A program made the position numbers and the translations under genes. Below the pieces are notes generated by a model, which saw only the letters and a list, made by a program, of their open reading frames with translations, was not told where the DNA came from and did no database searches. A stretch of 40,254 nucleotides of DNA, from the NCBI GenBank assembly GCA_003559415.1, contig PWLI01000017.1, positions 1 through 40,254 on the forward strand. Direction: 5' to 3'. Source of the DNA: Clostridiales bacterium. GTDB taxonomy: Bacteria; Bacillota; Proteinivoracia; UBA4975; PWLI01. The stretch's first letter is position 1. Every line of letters starts with the position of its first letter. Below are positions 38,312 through 40,254 of this stretch, one piece after another.

Positions 38312-38621
38312 GCTGGTTGTGTTTTTGGTGGCGGCGGTGGTCATTCTGGGCGTTCAGTTGCTGACAGGCCACCTGGTGCAGCACACGGAATTGCTGTACT
38401 GGGTGTTTCCCATCCTTGCATTTGTTGTCGCCGGAGCGGCCCAGGCCTATTTGCGCCACCGGCTGATGTCAGCAACAGTTACAGCATTGGTGTTTGTGGC
38501 AGGGGCATGGCTGGTATTTCCCGGCAATAAAATGTTGTGGACAGCTGTGTTTGTGATTATCAGTTTTAAGGCTGCACTGGTGGTTGATCTGTGGCTGCTG
38601 CTGAGCAAAAAGCCCAGGTAG
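38298..38621 (+). CDS. Small hypothetical membrane protein (about 4 TM segments, 107 aa)
   Basis: ATG overlaps the activator stop region by 14 nt. Four hydrophobic stretches: LVVFLVAAVVILGVQLL, LLYWVFPILAFVVAGAA, VTALVFVAGAWLVF and LWTAVFVIISFKAALVV. Weak SD; followed by a terminator-like palindrome. Confidence 0.5.
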   Translation: MNRIKLVVFLVAAVVILGVQLLTGHLVQHTELLYWVFPILAFVVAGAAQAYLRHRLMSATVTALVFVAGAWLVFPGNKMLWTAVFVIISFKAALVVDLWLLLSKKPR

Positions 38622-38640
38622 CAAGAATATTGGCATCATG

Positions 38641-38664
38641 GGCGCCAAAATTTTGGCGCTTTTG
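38641..38664 (+). terminator. Palindrome GCGCCAAAATTTTGGCGC + TTTTG: terminator of the activator operon and/or activator binding site
   Basis: Perfect 18-nt palindrome at 38642-38659 followed by a T-run. Located about 40-55 nt upstream of the -24 element. Confidence 0.5.
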
Positions 38665-38697
38665 TGCTGTACAGGCTGTAAACAGGCGTATTTACCA

Positions 38698-38712
38698 TGG
38701 CACGGAACTTGC
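38698..38712 (+). promoter_or_regulatory. Sigma-54 (-24/-12) promoter
   Basis: TGGCAC-ggaac-TTGC matches the TGGCAC-N5-TTGCW consensus except the last base. It lies about 39 nt upstream of the ord ATG and directly downstream of a sigma-54 activator gene. Confidence 0.8.
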
Positions 38713-38750
38713 GGTTACTATAAGCAGCACAATAAAAGGAGCGTGGAGCA

Positions 38751-39779
38751 ATGACAGTCAAAATTATTCACTGGGGACTCGGAGCCATGGGGGGTGGCAT
38801 GGTCAAGCTGCTTGACAGCAAGAAAGGCTGCCAGAGTGTGGCCGCCATTGACACCGACCCGGGCAAGCAAGGCAAGACGCTGGCCCAGTTGTTTTCTGTA
38901 AAAAGCGACACTAACGTCACTGGTGATGCGGCCCAGGCCCTGGCAAGCGACGCCGATGTGGTGCTTATTGCCACCGGTTCTTTCACCGAAGAAGTTTATC
39001 CGCAGATTGCCCAGGCAATTGAACAGGGCAAGAACGTTGTATGTATTGCTGAAGAGATGGCCTACCCCCGTCAGCAGCAGCCAGAGCTGGCAGAAAAGAT
39101 TCACCAGTTGGCGCTGGACAAAGGGGTGACTGTGCTGGGAACGGGCATAAACCCCGGGTTTGTGCTGGATCTTTTGATAGTGGCCATGACCGGCGTTTGC
39201 TACGATGTGAAAGAAATCAAGGCCGCCCGCATAAATGATCTCTCGCCCTTTGGCCCCACAGTGATGCGCACCCAGGGCGTGGGCATATCTCCCGAAGAAT
39301 TCCATAGTGGAGTGGAGAAGGGCAACGTTGTGGGCCACGTGGGCTTCCCGGAATCAATGGCCATGATTGCCGGCGCCCTGGGCTGGGAGCTGGATGAAAT
39401 CCGGGAGACCAAGGAACCAATCGTTTCCAGCACCCATCGGGAAACCCCCCATGTCAAGGTTGAACCGGGCATGGTGGCGGGCTGCAAACACATCGCCTAT
39501 GGTATCAAGGATGGCAAGACGCTGATTACCCTGGAACACCCCCAGCAGATTCATCCCGAAGCAGAGGGGATTGAGACAGGAGATTACATCTTGATTGAAG
39601 GAGAACCCAAGGTCAACCTGGCCATTCAACCGGAAATTCCCGGTGGGATTGGCACCATTGCCCTGACCGTCAACTCCATCCCCAATGTAATCAACAGCGA
39701 ACCAGGGCTGAAAATCATGACCGATTTGCCGGTGCCCCCGGCAATTATGGGCGACATCCGCAACATGCTGAAAAAATAG
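38751..39779 (+). CDS. ord: 2,4-diaminopentanoate dehydrogenase-like NAD(P)-dependent amine dehydrogenase
   Basis: N-terminal Rossmann motif IIHWGLGAMGGGMV; DapB-like fold size (342 aa). Immediately followed by ortA/ortB homologs, as in ornithine-fermentation clusters. Confidence 0.75.
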   Translation: MTVKIIHWGLGAMGGGMVKLLDSKKGCQSVAAIDTDPGKQGKTLAQLFSVKSDTNVTGDAAQALASDADVVLIATGSFTEEVYPQIAQAIEQGKNVVCIAEEMAYPRQQQPELAEKIHQLALDKGVTVLGTGINPGFVLDLLIVAMTGVCYDVKEIKAARINDLSPFGPTVMRTQGVGISPEEFHSGVEKGNVVGHVGFPESMAMIAGALGWELDEIRETKEPIVSSTHRETPHVKVEPGMVAGCKHIAYGIKDGKTLITLEHPQQIHPEAEGIETGDYILIEGEPKVNLAIQPEIPGGIGTIALTVNSIPNVINSEPGLKIMTDLPVPPAIMGDIRNMLKK

Positions 39780-39789
39780 GAGGGCTATC

Positions 39790-40107
39790 ATGAAGGATCA
39801 AGTGGTTGCTGCCGGAACCTGGGTTCAGATCCGGCAACAGGTGCTGGCAGCGGGGCAAAGGGCGCCCCAGGTGCCAAAGGACACTGCTGCCACACCCCTT
39901 GTTTTGTTGGTCAAGGGCTTTCTTGTTGCAGAATCCAGCACCGGGCAAGAGGCAGAAGTTATTACCCTCAGCGGCCGCAAGATGAAGGGGGAGTTGGCTC
40001 AGGTCATGCCTGGCTACACCCATGATTTCGGCCAGCCTGTTCCCGAGCTTATGCACGTTGGCCACCAGGCCCGGGAGATGTTGGAAGGGGGAGACAGCGA
40101 TGACTGA
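39790..40107 (+). CDS. ortA: 2-amino-4-ketopentanoate thiolase alpha subunit
   Basis: About 105 aa. GTWVQIRQQVL...QRAPQVPKDT...PL...VKGFLV...PELMHVGHQAREML fits my recollection of the OrtA family pattern, plus context. Confidence 0.7.
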   Translation: MKDQVVAAGTWVQIRQQVLAAGQRAPQVPKDTAATPLVLLVKGFLVAESSTGQEAEVITLSGRKMKGELAQVMPGYTHDFGQPVPELMHVGHQAREMLEGGDSDD

Positions 40108-40254
40108 TACTTCCTTCTCTGCAGTGATGGCCCGGCGCAACGAGATAATGAAAGAGGCTGTGGGCATGGATTACAGCCGCTATGTCCGGGGGAAGCTGGC
40201 TTTTGACTACCAGGCCATGATGGAAGAAGCCGGCTACAGCCTGGAAGAAGTAGT
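40100..40254 (+). CDS. ortB: 2-amino-4-ketopentanoate thiolase beta subunit (PLP-dependent), 5' fragment truncated by window end
   Basis: ATG 40100 overlaps the ortA end. MTDTSFSAVMARRNEIMKEAVGMDYSRYVRGKLAFDYQAMMEEAGYSLEEV resembles the OrtB N-terminus as recalled. Only 51 codons are visible. Confidence 0.6.
   Translation, partial: MTDTSFSAVMARRNEIMKEAVGMDYSRYVRGKLAFDYQAMMEEAGYSLEEV

Noticed and set aside
38631-38646. TGGCATcatggGCGC as a second sigma-54 -24/-12 element.
   Set aside because: The -12 region lacks the TTGC/GC core at the right spacing. The element at 38698-38712 is a far better match and is correctly placed before ord.

Overview
About 40 kb from a Firmicutes/Clostridia-type genome, judged from gene order and protein similarity to Bacillus/Clostridium homologs recalled from memory. 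Every supported gene is on the + strand. Positions 1-35,690 are the conserved translation/transcription super-cluster: tRNA-Thr, tRNA-Met, tuf, rpmG-secE-nusG-rplKAJL, rpoBC, L7Ae-rpsL-rpsG-fusA, the S10/spc/alpha ribosomal operons with secY-adk-map-infA-rpmJ and rpoA, then ecfA1A2T-truA-rplM-rpsI. Promoters, intrinsic terminators and r-protein leader candidates are recognisable in this stretch. The window turns accessory at about 35.6 kb. First comes a RAYT/IS200-like HUH-Y1 transposase homolog with a C-terminal HTH, bracketed by 29-nt inverted REP-like hairpin repeats. Next is a PAS/AAA+/Fis sigma-54 enhancer-binding protein, translationally coupled to a small 4-TM protein of unknown function. 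A near-consensus -24/-12 sigma-54 promoter then drives an ornithine oxidative-degradation operon (ord-ortA-ortB, truncated by the window end). The most unusual feature inside the housekeeping part is an L7/L12 gene with a roughly 45-aa N-terminal extension of eight in-frame xxKKE pentapeptide (15-nt) repeats. I found no CRISPR array, rRNA, prophage or recognisable defence system. All homology statements come from reading the translations by eye; no database search was run.
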